From: Cyanophora paradoxa CCMP329
Lineage: Eukaryota > Plantae > Glaucophyta
Direction: 5' to 3'
Assembly (NCBI GenBank): GCA_004431415.1
Contig: QPMI01000104.1
Coordinates: 124,001-188,000 of the forward strand
DNA length: 64,000 bases
The notes under the pieces are model-generated. The model made no database searches. It was not told the origin of the DNA and was given only the letters and a program-made list of their open reading frames with translations. A program made the position numbers and the translations under genes. Each line of letters starts with the position of its first letter. Within the stretch, counting starts at the first letter, position 1. Below, one piece after another: positions 12,975 to 25,349 of the stretch.

Positions 12975-13209
12975 TTTGTGAACGAAGCTGATGTACCCCC
13001 CCGGGGCCCCCCGGCCCGGCGCATACGCATATGCATGCCTTCAGGCCTGCTCGAGCGCGCATTCGAAATCCTTACATCTCAGTCTGTTCAATATTTACAA
13101 TGATCATGATGCGCTGCGCATGCAGCTGGCTGCAGCTTGATTCGAGATCCTTGCTGCTCACTGCTCACTGCTCCTGCGCGCGGAACAAGTATGATCAGCG
13201 CCCGCCTCG

Positions 13210-15491
13210 CTACAGCTGCAGTTCGATATGCTTGATTACGAATCCAAGGCGCGCGCGCACCAGCTTGATCGCCGCGGCGCGCCGCTCGATCTCCTCCGCG
13301 TCCACACCGGCGCCCTTGCGGGGCGCCTCGGCGCCCGGGCCGGCCTTCCCCTGGCCCTGGCCCTGCGGCGCCGGCGGCCCGCCCTCCCACTCCTGCCGCT
13401 CCCCCTCCCGTAGCTGCCGCTGCTCCTGCCGCTGCTCCCCCTCCTGCCGCTCCTGCTCCTCCTGCCGCTCCTGCTGCTGCTGCTGGTGCCTCTCCCCCTC
13501 GCGAACATGCTCTCGCTCCTCGGCCGCCCTGATCGAGGCTCGGGATCAGAACAGAAGAAAAGGAAAGCGGATCAGGTTTAGAGGGCCCGGGCTCGGGCCG
13601 GCCCGGTTTGGGAGCTGTGAGCAGAGAGGCATATATCTGGATCTAGATCTGGATCCGAGGCGCACGGGCCGGGCCGGCCCCCGAGCCGGCGATAAAGCGG
13701 CTTAAAGAGGCTCGCTCGCTCAGATTTGAACTCGCTCAGATCTGATCTGAGCGGGACGCGGCCGGGCTAGGGGGGTCGTAGAGCGGAACAGGGCGGCTCA
13801 GATCTAGATCCGAGGCGCCCGGACCGGGCCGGCAGGGCCGGGCCGGCCCCCGGGCCCCGCGGCGCCCGGGCCCGGTTCGATTCGGGAGCTAAGAGCAGAG
13901 CGGTGCAGATCTAGAGAAAAGGCGCTGGGGGCTGACGGCGCACCAGCGCTTGAAGGCGTTGATGGAGGAGGGGCTGTACCCCGGCTGCACCTCCCCGCTC
14001 GGCCGCCTGTGCCCCGAGAGCGTGATCGTGAGATCCTCTCGTTCGAACGCGAGCACGGGTTCCGGTCGCGCACTTGATCACGAGGACGGGTACGGGGCTG
14101 TTGTGGACGAGGTAGTCCGATCTGGCGCGGGTTCGAGTCGGGCCGGGGCGCTTTCGGCGTGGCGAGGGGCGAGCACGTGGATCCCAGCACGAGTCTGCGC
14201 GGGAGGGCGCGAGATCAAGTTAGAGCCCTCTACAAGCCTCCAAGAAAAGATCGAAAGCCGCGCCTCTTGACGGCGCCGAGGCCGCGGGAGCCGACGACGA
14301 CCAGGTCGATCTTGTCCTCGGGCGAGCGCGAGGGCGACCGCAGCAGCTGCGCACGCGCGGCGGGCCGGGGCCGTGGGCGCGGGGCGGATCGCTGAGCGTG
14401 CGCGCCCGCCTCGCGCAGCCTCGGCGCGAGCGCGCACGTCCATGATCTGCACGGATCGAGTCAGAAACCTCGGCCAAGAGCGAACGAAATCAAATCGCAG
14501 ACCGTCTCCCGCGGGGGCCCGATAGCGGTCAGGTACCGCACCTCGATCTGCGCATGCCCGGCCCGTCGCCTCGGAACGCGGGCCGCGCGTTTGGCCCCGG
14601 CGGCGCGCGCGCGCACGCCGCAGTCGCGGATCTGGGCGGCGTGCTTGCGAAGGATCGCGTCGCTGCGCTTCTTCGCCGCCTTCACCTGCGCGAGATCGAA
14701 TTTAAATCCGGATTCAAAATAGGCTCAGCGCGCTCGAGTCCGGGATCCTCCGCCTGGCCGCGGCCGCACCATGATTTCGTAGAGCTGCGCCTTTGTCAGT
14801 GCGAGAGGGGCGGGCGATCGATATCGGAAGTCGAACGTGCCTCTGGGATGTAGCCTGTGTGCCATCGTGCCGGCGCCGGCGCCGCGCCCGGTTCGGGGCA
14901 GGCGTTCAGGCCGAAGCGCGCCGGACGGTGCGCGAGAGCGTGGCTCGCAATCGAGAGGGGGCGCGGACCGACGAACGGCGTGGTGATATTGCGAGGTCAA
15001 GGAGCGCAGAGGCGGTCTATGTCAGCACGGAGGGAAGCTGCGAACGCAGCGAGCTGCGCAGGCGCGGGCACGTGCACGCCTTCCGAGCGCTCTGGCGCCG
15101 CGAGCGCTGCGCGGAGACGACGCTGCGGATCAGTCCTGCGGCGAGCGGCGATGGCGGGGGGCCCTCGGATGCTCTCATGCACCGCCGAGGCGGGTAGGAT
15201 ATGAGGGAAAGAGGGCGGCAGACGACACTTCCTCCGCTGCGCATGCGGCCGGCGCGCGTCGATCGTCGTTCAGAGTTTTGTTGGTCGAGGGCGCGCGGCG
15301 CGCCGACTCCGGCCAAAGCGAGTTATCTTGAAGCGCTCCGCGAAGCCGCACGCACTCGCGCAGAAGAGGACAACGCGGTCTCCCGGGCGAAGCAGCGTGT
15401 CGAGGGCGGTGTCCACCGCCTCGTCCGACGCCCGCGATCCGTCTACACAGATGAGCACGGTGCAGGGGCGCTTCGCCGCGCCGCTCGCCAT
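13210..15491 (-). CDS. Universal stress protein (UspA domain) with a Gln/Glu-rich C-terminal extension
   Basis: MASGAAKRPCTVLICVDGSRASDEAVDTALDTLLRPGDRVVLF; IGPPRETVCDL; DKIDLVVVGSRGLGAVKR; DYLVHNSPYPVLVIK. The 3' end is approximate. Confidence 0.85.
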
Positions 15492-15592
15492 TTTCGCTGC
15501 TGTTCCCACGTTTACACCGTACCCTGCTGGCGCGAACTCCGAACTCGGAACTTCGCCAAAGTTGAATTCGAAGCTGCAGCGCAGCCGGACGA

Positions 15593-16803
15593 ATGCGCGG
15601 CGCGCAGTTCGCTCCATCGGCTTGGGCGCCACATCCATGGGTCCAGCGCGCCCCGGGGCCGGGTCGCGCGGCCGTGCAGTCGCACCCGTTCGCAGCGCGG
15701 CCCTCCTCCCGGGCCGCCAGTCGCGGAGCGCGGCAATGTACCTCGAAAGGATTGAGTTTCAGCTCCGGCGGCTTCGCCGGTCGGCCTGTGCCGGTCGCCG
15801 GCGTACGCATCTTGCAATTGGGTGGGATCGGTTGCAGGCGCCCGACAGCGCCGCCGACACCGGCGGTTCATCCTCCGCGCGCGTCAATGGAGCAGCACGA
15901 CGAGCCTCTGGGGCTGCTGTCGCTTTTCGTCTCGCACCTCGTCGGCGACTTCGACAACGCGGCGCAGGTGCCGTAGCACCGCTGCCACGTGTACGCCGCG
16001 GGATATCTAACGCCGTATACCAGATCGAGCGCGAGCTCGCGGAGGGGAAGCAGCGGCACCCCGTCTCCAAACACGTCCGCACGCGTTCTCTGCAGCGCAG
16101 CTGTCGCTCTCGCGCTTCGCGCAGCTGAGGCGCCGGCCTCTGCAGGTCACACGCACATTCGTGCCCGACGGGACGCCGGAGGGCGGAGGCGACGGGGCCG
16201 TCTACATCCTCGAGGAGACGTGCGGCCCGGCCCGGCCCGGCCCCCTTTCCGAAGCTAAAGCTTAGCTGGCTTACGCTTAGCTTCCTCTCAGGGACCAGGA
16301 CTGGTCCTACGTGCCCGGGCGCGGCGTGGAGAGCAGGCCCCTCCTCTTCCGCGTCACTTTCCGCGAGGACGCCGGCAGTGCGCGCCCGCCCGAGTCACCT
16401 GAGTCACCTGAGTCACCTGAGTCTGAGGCCCGGCCCCCGCGCGCGGCAGAGGTTCAGCTCCAGAGCCTCAGGCCTCCCGGGCACCTCGTGGGGGGCGACT
16501 TGGAAAGGGCGCGCAGCGTACCACCCCCCCCCCCCCCTCGGCTCCGCTCACTGAACCCCCGCCGGCTCCGCTCACCTTACCCCCTCCAGATACGGAACGC
16601 GGCCGTGGCGAGCGGCGCCCTGCGGATATCCCTCTCCGACCTCGCCCCTTCCCCCTTCCCGCCCTTTCTGTACGACCACGACCCGAGCACGGTACCCCCG
16701 CCCCCCGGCCCAGCTTTCGAACGCCGTACCCCCCGCCCTGACCGCGCTCGCCCAGGGAGACTTCGTGGCAGCTATGGAGGGTCCGACGCAGTCGGGATGC
16801 AGG
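15593..16803 (+). CDS. CpcT/CpeT-like (bilin lyase-fold) protein with putative plastid transit peptide; 3' end uncertain
   Basis: A ~98 aa acid-free Ala/Arg/Ser/Pro leader starting MRGAQF is followed by FVSHLVGDFDNAAQ/IERELAEGKQRHPVSKH/VTR...VYILEE...SRPLLFRVTF, resembling the L-x-G-x-F-(D/S)-N-x-x-Q start of T-type lyases. Confidence 0.5.
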
Positions 16804-18718
16804 TACCCCCCCCCTTCGCCCCTCCCCCGCACACGCCCGTACCCCCCTCGCCTTGCATGAAGATTCCCTCGGGGGGGTACGGGGTTGCGAGGGCCGCCTC
16901 TGGCGGCGCCCTTGTGCACCCCACGGGGGACAGTGCGTAGCAGCTTCGTCTTCTACAGCCTGCTGGCGTTCCGGCAAGCCCGGGATCATCGCGCCCGCTG
17001 GCAGCTAGCGCAATCTCGGGAAAGATCGACAGCCGCGCCTGGCGGGTCCGGCGCCGATCTGGGCTCGTCCTGGATCGTACGCCGTGCGCGTAAGGACGCC
17101 CCGGGCGCGGCGGATCCCCCGCGTGCGCGCAGGTTGCTCTTCGGACGCACCATCCAACAGCGCCCGGCAAAGTAGAAGGCGGCAGAGGCGGAGCGAGTAG
17201 GACCATTCCTCCCGCCAGATGACGCCGGCCTCTCGATGACCGGCGGCCGCCGAGGTTCCGCCGCGCGGGGGTCCTCCTGTGCGTCTCCTCCGGCGCCGGG
17301 ACTCTCCTCTCTGCTCCGCTCTCGGGTCCTCGTCCTCCGGCGGCCCGCGTCTCTCTCCTGCGGGCACCCGGGGGCGCCCGCCAGCGGGTCGGCGACGGTG
17401 GAGCCTCGCCGCGGCCGCGCTGCGATCGGGGGCAGGTGTCTGGCGGCGGCGGACTGGTTCTCACGCACTGGTGGCGGGAGCTCGAGGAGGAGGAACCGCG
17501 GCGCGAGGTGGCGGCTCACCCCTGGCAAACCGCTCCAGCGGCGGCCCCGCGCGGGTCGCCGTGGGCGGAGTTGGGGGCGCCGCGCGCCACCCGCAGTCGT
17601 CCCCCTTTCTCTTTCTCTCGTCCTAGATATAGAAGTAGGAGTAGGCGACGCGCGCGACGCTACGTTTCTTTCTTTCTCGTCGGCTATCTCTGAGGTTGGG
17701 TTCCTTCGCAGATCCTTTCCTGCTTTCGTGACTCCTCGTAGGGATATGCCTCGTGCATCCTGGAATATAGGCTATTATGTACTGAGGTGTACGTGGGCAG
17801 GCTATCGGAAAACGAGAACCCTTGCTCCCCGCAGTACATAGGTCTGTTTTTTCAGGACCTTTTATGAGGATGGGCCCATGGGCAGCTGTCTTGCTATTCT
17901 CTACTTGTTAGTGAGGCAGACTGGTAAACTTCGGTTTTGGGTAGATTCGACTTGTCTACTTTCGGAAGGGTCCGGTAGATTGATGTGGTAGTGCCGTCAA
18001 TATACCGTCATTTTTGCAAAAAAAAAACCCCTCGCCTTGCATGAACCGCGTGTCCCAGGCTTGTCTTCCGCGAGACGATCGGCCCGCGCGGTCTGGACGT
18101 TCTCGAAATGCTGTACGCCCCCCAGGACAAGGTGCGGTGCCCATAGTCTCGCCCTCCCGCCCTCCCCGCCTCTTAAGCTCGCCCTAGGCCTCCCCCCTCC
18201 CCGCCTCTTAAGCTCAACCCCCCCCCCCCCCCCCCCCCCCCACATACACACACACACACACACTCCCCCTCCCCTCCCCACGCCGCCGTCCGCCCGACCG
18301 GAGTACACTCTAATAGCGTGGCGCAGGGAGGAGGCGCGCTCACGCCCTACAGCGACCCCATCGAGTACCGCCGCATTATATTAGTTGACAAAAACCCAAT
18401 CAAGTGAATTCGACAGTGAACGGGGGCGCGGCGCGGGGCGCGGGTCCGGCCGGCGCCGGCGCAGGCGGCGGGGCGTACAGCAGTCGTCGACGTCAGGCAG
18501 CGGACCCTGCGGGGCGCGCCGGGCGCCGGGGCCCTGGGCCCCTGGGCCCCTGCGGGGCGCGCTGGGCGCCGGGGGAAGGTTGGGGAAGGGGGAGGCGGCA
18601 AGGCCAGTACTAGTACTAGTGCGGGAAAGAGGGAGAAGGGGGGGAGGGGGGGAGGGGGAAGACCGGATGATGAGTGACTGTTGTGCCACGGTGACTATTT
18701 AAACTCGAAAGGCGCCGC

Positions 18719-18752
18719 CGGTCCTACGGGCGAGGCGGCGGCGGGGGAGGCG
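18719..18752 (-). repeat. Left arm of a 34 bp perfect inverted repeat (partner 24399-24432)
   Basis: cggtcctacgggcgaggcggcggcgggggaggcg is the exact reverse complement of 24399-24432. Confidence 0.9.
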
Positions 18753-18894
18753 GTAGTACACATGTACAATATTATAGATACATATAACTAACTGAACTGC
18801 AGTTATTAACACTGCTGCACTCTATATATATATAATGACATTAAAAAATGATTCAACATCTAGAAATCAAAGCTCCATTCAAATATCAACTCGG

Positions 18895-21800
18895 CTAGTC
18901 GGCAAGCTGCAGAGTACTACGGTAGGGCACGAATTCGACATGTACAGGGTGAAAGGGGTACCGGCGCGCGCGGTGCCCCCATGAGACAGAAGGGAATAAA
19001 TTAAATGTAGGGGAAATGACGGCCGCGGATAAATATAGAAACAGAGAATGGGGATCAGACAAAAACAAATGAGTCATCCAGCTCCTCCTCATCTGTATCT
19101 TGCGAATTCGAAGGAGGGACGGCCGTGGACGCAGAATTCGAACTGGCGATCGAGGGATTCGAGGCGCCGCCGCCGCCGCCTGCAGCTGCAGCTGCGGCCG
19201 ACTGCGGCGCGTGGCCGCTCTCCGAAGGAGGGACGGCCGGCGCCGTGGACGCGGGAGGCGCGATCGAGACGTCGACGCCAGCTGCAGCGCCGATGCCATC
19301 AAGGCCGCCGCCGGCCGCGGCGGCCGGCTGCGGGGCGTGGCCATGGCCGGCGCTGGCTCGAGCGCGTCCTCGAGCGTTCATGCAGACGACAGCCACGCCA
19401 GCGACCACGGTTGCAGACGTCCGCACGGCGCTAGCAACGAGGACCGCCGTCCGCACGCCCTGATACATGTTGGCGGCGAACAGCACAGGAAGCGCCGCCG
19501 GGCCAGCGCCAGCAACGGCCAGCGGGACGGCGTAGCTGGCGGCTGCAGAGAGGATCGGGGCGGCGAGGGGAGCCGCCGCCACAAGCGCGCCGCCAGCCGT
19601 AGCAGTCACGGCGGTTGCGGCTCCGGCGAGCGCCAGGCCATTGGCGAGCGCCTTCGGGACACCGCTTTGAAGAAACTCGGCTTTCTCCGCCGCGCTGTGT
19701 CGCGGAAGATGCGCATTAATAAAAATAGTTATAGAGCAATTTAATGTTACTACGCTATGGCGAATTCGCATGCACACTACGTATACGTATACTAAGATAT
19801 AATTGATATTGATTAAGTTGGTGGTTATATAATTAATATTAGGTTGAATTCGAACGTGCGCGTACGTTGCGGAGGTCTCGGGAAGGGTTTCCACACGGCC
19901 CGCCACCTCCTCGTCCACGCCCCTCAAGATCGCACTCAGCTGGTCAGGCGGCCCCTTCGACTGCACATGCGCAAGGCATGCATAGGCGTGAGCTCGAACA
20001 AATTTCAAGAAATCAAATCGAAGAGCGCTCACGAAGTAGCGCCGCGTGACCTCGAAGCGGACAAGGCCACCGCTTCCATGTGCAAGGCCCGGGGTCGGGA
20101 TGCGCGAGAGTCGAATATTAATTTGAGAGGTTTTGCGCTCCGGCGCCGACATTGGGAACCACGTGTTGGGCTCGGCGATGCAGTCCTTGATCTGCTCAAT
20201 CGCGAGAGCGGCGAAATTGAAGCCCCCACGCTTGCTTTCGAGCGCGAGTGCCGCGAAGACACTCGCGCCCGCGCGCTGCAGCTGGTCTGCCCGCCGGAGC
20301 GAACGCTTGAGCTGGTGCTCGCTGATGTCGGTCGTTGGAAGGACCAAGATGGCGGCGCGCGGGCCGGCGCCGCCGTCGTCTGCATCTGCCTCTGCAAGAT
20401 CTATAGCTAGAGCCCCGGCTGCCCCGAGCTCCGGATCCAACTCCGGATCCCCGACTGCCTCTTCGAATTCCTCCTCGAGCAGCCGCGCGCCGAAGCGGAC
20501 GGACAGTGGACACTGTGGTGAGTCGACGTCGCTCTTGGTCGGCTCCCTGCACAATTAAGCGTCAGATGGTACGTTAAAATAACTTTAAATTTAACGTGCT
20601 AACACCCGCGACGTACCGACAAGAGACGCCCTTCAGCCTTGCAGCGGCCTTGAGAAATGCATGGCGGCACCCTTGCGTCGGCCCAAAGACGGGAATACTC
20701 TCGGCGATCAGCTGCAGTTGGAACTGAGGGCAAAATCGACGTCATTGCGCTGTATACGTCATGTACAGGCACTGTAATAATAAGCAGCGGTCGCGGCGCC
20801 GGCCCACCTTGCGCTTTTCAAATTCTGAATGAATGATGACGGTCGCGAACGCAGACGAACCAGCGACTTCTCCAAAGTTTACCTACCGTGCAACACTCGT
20901 TAGCAGCCCGTATATTAGTGGGTCATGCTCACAAATTAAACTCCGTCCCTCCCTGGACAAATTAAATCAGATCTAGATATTGAAATTTTCGGGGTTGCAA
21001 AATTGTATAGTGATGTAGCTATGCATATGGGTACCGGTGGCGGTAATTTCGGGGGATACATTATGGGACTCCTCGAATCCGGAGCTCGAACTCAGCAGCA
21101 GCTGCTCGAGCTAATATATATAATTATATAAGGAGCTCCAGCAGGCTGGCCACGCCGTGACGTTGACAGAACGAACCGAAAAGAGAAGGAAGTGCTCCGC
21201 TGCCATGAGATTGTCGTTGTAAGACAGTTCCACAGTCCCTTTCTTTCGACCCTGATACCTGCCACGCGCACGTCACTCATGATAACTGATCATGATCGAT
21301 ATCATTTTGCTCAATTATGTTTCGCGATCAAGAAGCTTATATAATTATTAATTATAAGCCTGTGCATGGAACGCACTCGACGTGAACGGCAGTCGCGACG
21401 AAGAGCCCCTTGCCGCGGATCGCGAAGTCTACCGCGCCGCCCTCCCGCCGAATCCGGGCGCTTGAAGCGTGCTCGTCGACGCAGAAGGTTGGAGCCACGC
21501 GCATTACCGTCACCGGCTCTTCGTTCAACGACCGCGGCCGCTCGCGCCACGTGTGTTTCATGATTAACCTGAGGGCGGTCTGAATTATAATGGAGAGGCG
21601 GCGCCGGCGGCGCCGGGGGCGCGCGGGGCGCGGCCGCCGCGAACTTGCGGATTGTGTCAAGGTATGCAGTCATCTGGTGGCCCGCCTTGATGCTCCACGG
21701 GTTGCGGGATGGCATCTGCGGGACATGTACAAAGAATATATAAACATCGGTAAATATTAGACGACAGCATGCATATGCATAGATATATGAGCACCTTTGG

Positions 21801-23750
21801 GTTGACGACGTGATCGTGATCCTTGTCGATGACGACTACAGGCTCTGACCGATCAGCGATGATAAACTGCAGGCAGCAATATTAATTGCAATAAGCGAAG
21901 TGTCTAAAGCTCTCAAAAAACTATAATTGGCGATCTGGCGTGGAAGACCTATAGCTAGGAGGGCGGCTGCAAAAATTGAACATTATAATTATAATTAGTG
22001 TGGGCCGCACGCGTGTGGGTGCCACTGGAGTGTATGGCAAGTCCAAGGCCGCAAGACGGGTAGAATTTAACAACGCGAAGCTCTTCGGTACCACGTCGTC
22101 TTCCTTTGCAAAAGCGATGATGCGCTGTGAATTCGAAGCCAGATCAGGAGGGCCCTTGCAATTAAAATATCGCGAATTCGAATTTCGAAGGGGTGAAATT
22201 AAAAGATTCGCGCCTTCTGCCACTCGTACTGGCGGGCGAGGTAATTATCGGACTCGGCGAACTGCGGCTGGCCGAACGTGACGCAGAGGGCCCTCTCGGC
22301 GACGGCGCGCCAGGCGTCGGCGTCCTCGGGGGGCTGCTCCATCTTGCCAGGGTCCAGGGCGTCTGCCCGCAGCAGAAGGCGGGCCAGGACGAGGCAGGCG
22401 ACCGCGCCGCCCAGCGAGTGCCCGCACAGAACCAGCTGCTTGCGCCTCTGGTGCGCCGCGTAGACGATAGACTCGAGTCGGACCCTCTTCGCCCGGTTCC
22501 AGAAGCCCTGCGGGAGCACGTGCGCATGATCATGATCATGAGCTCGAGGATCAAATTTATAGAGTTGGCCTCGACTTCTATCATATATAGCATATTTATT
22601 CTATTAAATATTCGATATTCGATCGTAAGATCTAAAGACCTTGTGGACGTAGCCTAAGCCGGGAACCGGCTCGGGTTCGATGGTCACGTCCACCAGCGCG
22701 TCGCGGCCGCTGCTCGTCCCGCGGAACGCGACGAACAGGCGCTCATCGTCCTCCGCCCTACGCCGGCGCCGGCGCCGCCCGTACGCATCTTGGTTAGTTC
22801 AAAAGTCATGATCAACGGCTTTCCCGTAAGCAGTACATCCGCGTGCAAAATGGGCGGATATACATGATTAGGCGCACCATAGAGCGGCTTGAAACACGTT
22901 GTCGTTGTTCTGCGTGCGCTGGATAGACAGCCCGCCAAGCTCGTGACTACGGCCGCCCTCCTGCTCCGACGCGAATGCGCATGCGCATGCGCAGTCGCGC
23001 ACCCAGGCGTAATTATAAGAAACCAGCGTTGGATGGTCGAATGCGCGCGCGTGGTGAGGGCGCACGTACCACTTGCTTGAGAAGCGCCTGCCGGCATTCT
23101 TCATCCGTCTCTTCGTATGCCGCGTTTGACAAGTGGGCGGCGCGGATGCAGATTGCGGGTGCCGGCGCCGCGTGCACGTGGGAGTCATGATCACCGAAGA
23201 TTAAGACTTGATCATGATCCACTGAGTCCGCGGCCGCGGCCGGGGGCTGCGCATGCGCGGCCGCTGCCGCGGCCTGCGCAAATGCATGCAGGCCTAGGCC
23301 GGCGCCGCGGCCGCGGCCGGCGCCTATGCACACGGGCTCGACCGAACGTGCACGTGCGCGTGGTTTCACGAGGAAAGCACGTTGGCCGTATGAGCACGTC
23401 AGCCCGCGATGTCGGTCGACGCGCGCCGCGGCCGGCGACGTTGACACGTCGGCCGCGGCCGCGGCGCTGGCGCCGGCGCCGGCCGAGGTCGCCGCGGCCG
23501 GCCGCGCGCGCGGTACCGCGACGATCTGCGGCATCGCGAGCGCACAGCGGGCCCGGTTCTATGATGAAGTCGCCCTCTAGGCTCTAGCTCGGTCTGGAAA
23601 GCGGCTTCGCGGCCAACACGGTGGCAACACCGGCCAGCGCTGCAGCCTGCAGCGGCCCCGCGGCCGGAAGCGACTTCGATTCACGGCCAATTTGCAACAC
23701 TGTCACCTGACCGAGGGCTCATGGCGCGGTGTACCCGGCAATGGGCCGGC
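18895..23750 (-). CDS. Large class-3 lipase (alpha/beta hydrolase) with a long C-terminal region and a hydrophobic Ala/Gly stretch
   Basis: LFVAFRGT...DALVDV; GYVHK/GFWNRAK...LVLCGHSLGGAVA (nucleophile Ser); CVTFGQP; EDDVVP (Asp); GHQMTAY (His). Introns are AT-rich. Both ends are approximate, and linking the 19-20.5 kb ORF to the lipase is inferred. Confidence 0.8.
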
Positions 23751-24398
23751 ATATGCATTGCACTATGGCCCGGCCCAGTGACCCCGGCCCAGTCTATGGC
23801 CCGGGTCAGGATGTCGCTCCGATCGCGAGCAAGCGCGGCAGATCTGCGCGGCCGCGGTGCGCGGTGCGCGGTGCGCGGCGCCGGCGCCGGCGGCGCCGGC
23901 ACGCCCATAGCCCCGCGGGCAGGTATGATTCGTGAGGGTGCGTCTCGGGCTTCGATTCAGGTAGATAGAGCGCGCGCGCGCGCGCGCCGTTTGGCTCAAG
24001 CGTTCCGGCCACGCGCTCCGGGCGCAGCCGCTGAGCGCTCCGGCCACGGCGTGTCGCTGAGGCTCTCAGCATGTTCAGCTGTTCCGCATGAGCCCTCATC
24101 GATCCCCTGCCCCCGGCCGCCTCCATCGTGCGCTGGCGCCGGCTCCGGTCCCCTCCGCGCGCCCCACTGCGCCGCTGCGCATCTCCATGGTCTCTACCCC
24201 CCTTCCCCCCCCCCCCACGCTCTAACCCGTTGGCCGCCTTCAGGTAGGTGCTCTCTTCACTCGTCGTGTACCCCGTACGCCCCGCGTGCCGCCCCTTTTT
24301 CGAGCCAGCCAGCAGCTAAACAATTGCAATTGCAATTGCGACCGTCCCGCCGCGGCACAGATGGTGTACCCGGGCGAGGCCGGCGCCGCCAGCGCCGT

Positions 24399-24432
24399 CG
24401 CCTCCCCCGCCGCCGCCTCGCCCGTAGGACCG
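24399..24432 (+). repeat. Right arm of a 34 bp perfect inverted repeat (partner 18719-18752)
   Basis: Exact reverse complement of 18719-18752. Weaker inverted similarity also exists between 18455-18492 and 24548-24583. Confidence 0.9.
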
Positions 24433-24480
24433 TAGTTAATAGTACGACAGTCGCCCTCCCACCTAGCCTCCTAGCCTCCG

Positions 24481-24511
<31 letters not shown>

Positions 24512-25349
24512 CTTCGAGCGTCGGACGGCGCGGGAGGCCTTCGGCGGCGTCGACGCCCCTGTGCGCCCCGCCTCCTCTCCGGCTCAGCCCCTCTTCCCCC
24601 GGATCCTCGATATCGATCGAGGCTGAGAGCTGGGGGGGCGCAGAATTTCGAACGGGACAGACGCCGCGCCCCGGGCTAAGGCGGAGGCCGTTCGGCGCTC
24701 CCCGCAGGGCCCGCCGCCCGGCCCTGGACAAGGACGGGTACACCGCCTCCCTCGACGAGGCCGTGCGTACCCCTTTCTATCCCCCCCCCCCGCCCTCCCC
24801 CCCTCCGCCCCGGCCGACCGCGCGGCGCCGCCGCCGCCCGCCGCCTAGCCCGCCGACCGCGTCCTGCGACCCGCATGCCGCCCCGTACCCCTCCCCACCC
24901 GCTCCCGTCTCCGGCTCCCGCGCCTCGCCGACACCGTCCAGTCTCCGGCTCCCTCGCCGCCCGCCGGGCCGGCCGGGCCGACCAGGCCGGCCTCGCCTCC
25001 GCCCCGCGCGTGCATACGCAGACTGCGCGCTCTCCGCGCGCCCCGCCCCGCCGCCTCCGCCGGCCGCCGGCCGCAGGGCCGGCGGCGGGCCCCGCGCAAA
25101 CCGCGTTCGAATCCGGCCCCCAGCCCCGCGCCACGAGGCCCGCGGGACGCGTGATCCTATATATAGCTAGGCCTAGGTCTCTAACAAGGACCGTACCCCG
25201 GCCGGTACCTCCGTCTTGTGTTTTATACAGTATCAAGGAAGAAAGGCATCTTGCAGCTACAGCTAGCGTTTTCAAGAGTCAAGGATATATATTCCTAGCA
25301 ATTCACAATTCAGACACTGCGAGCTGTCCAACTGATCAATAAGCTTAAG

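Noticed and set aside
16392-16425. gagtcacct x3 repeat as a regulatory array
   Set aside because: A short intronic slippage repeat with no further support.
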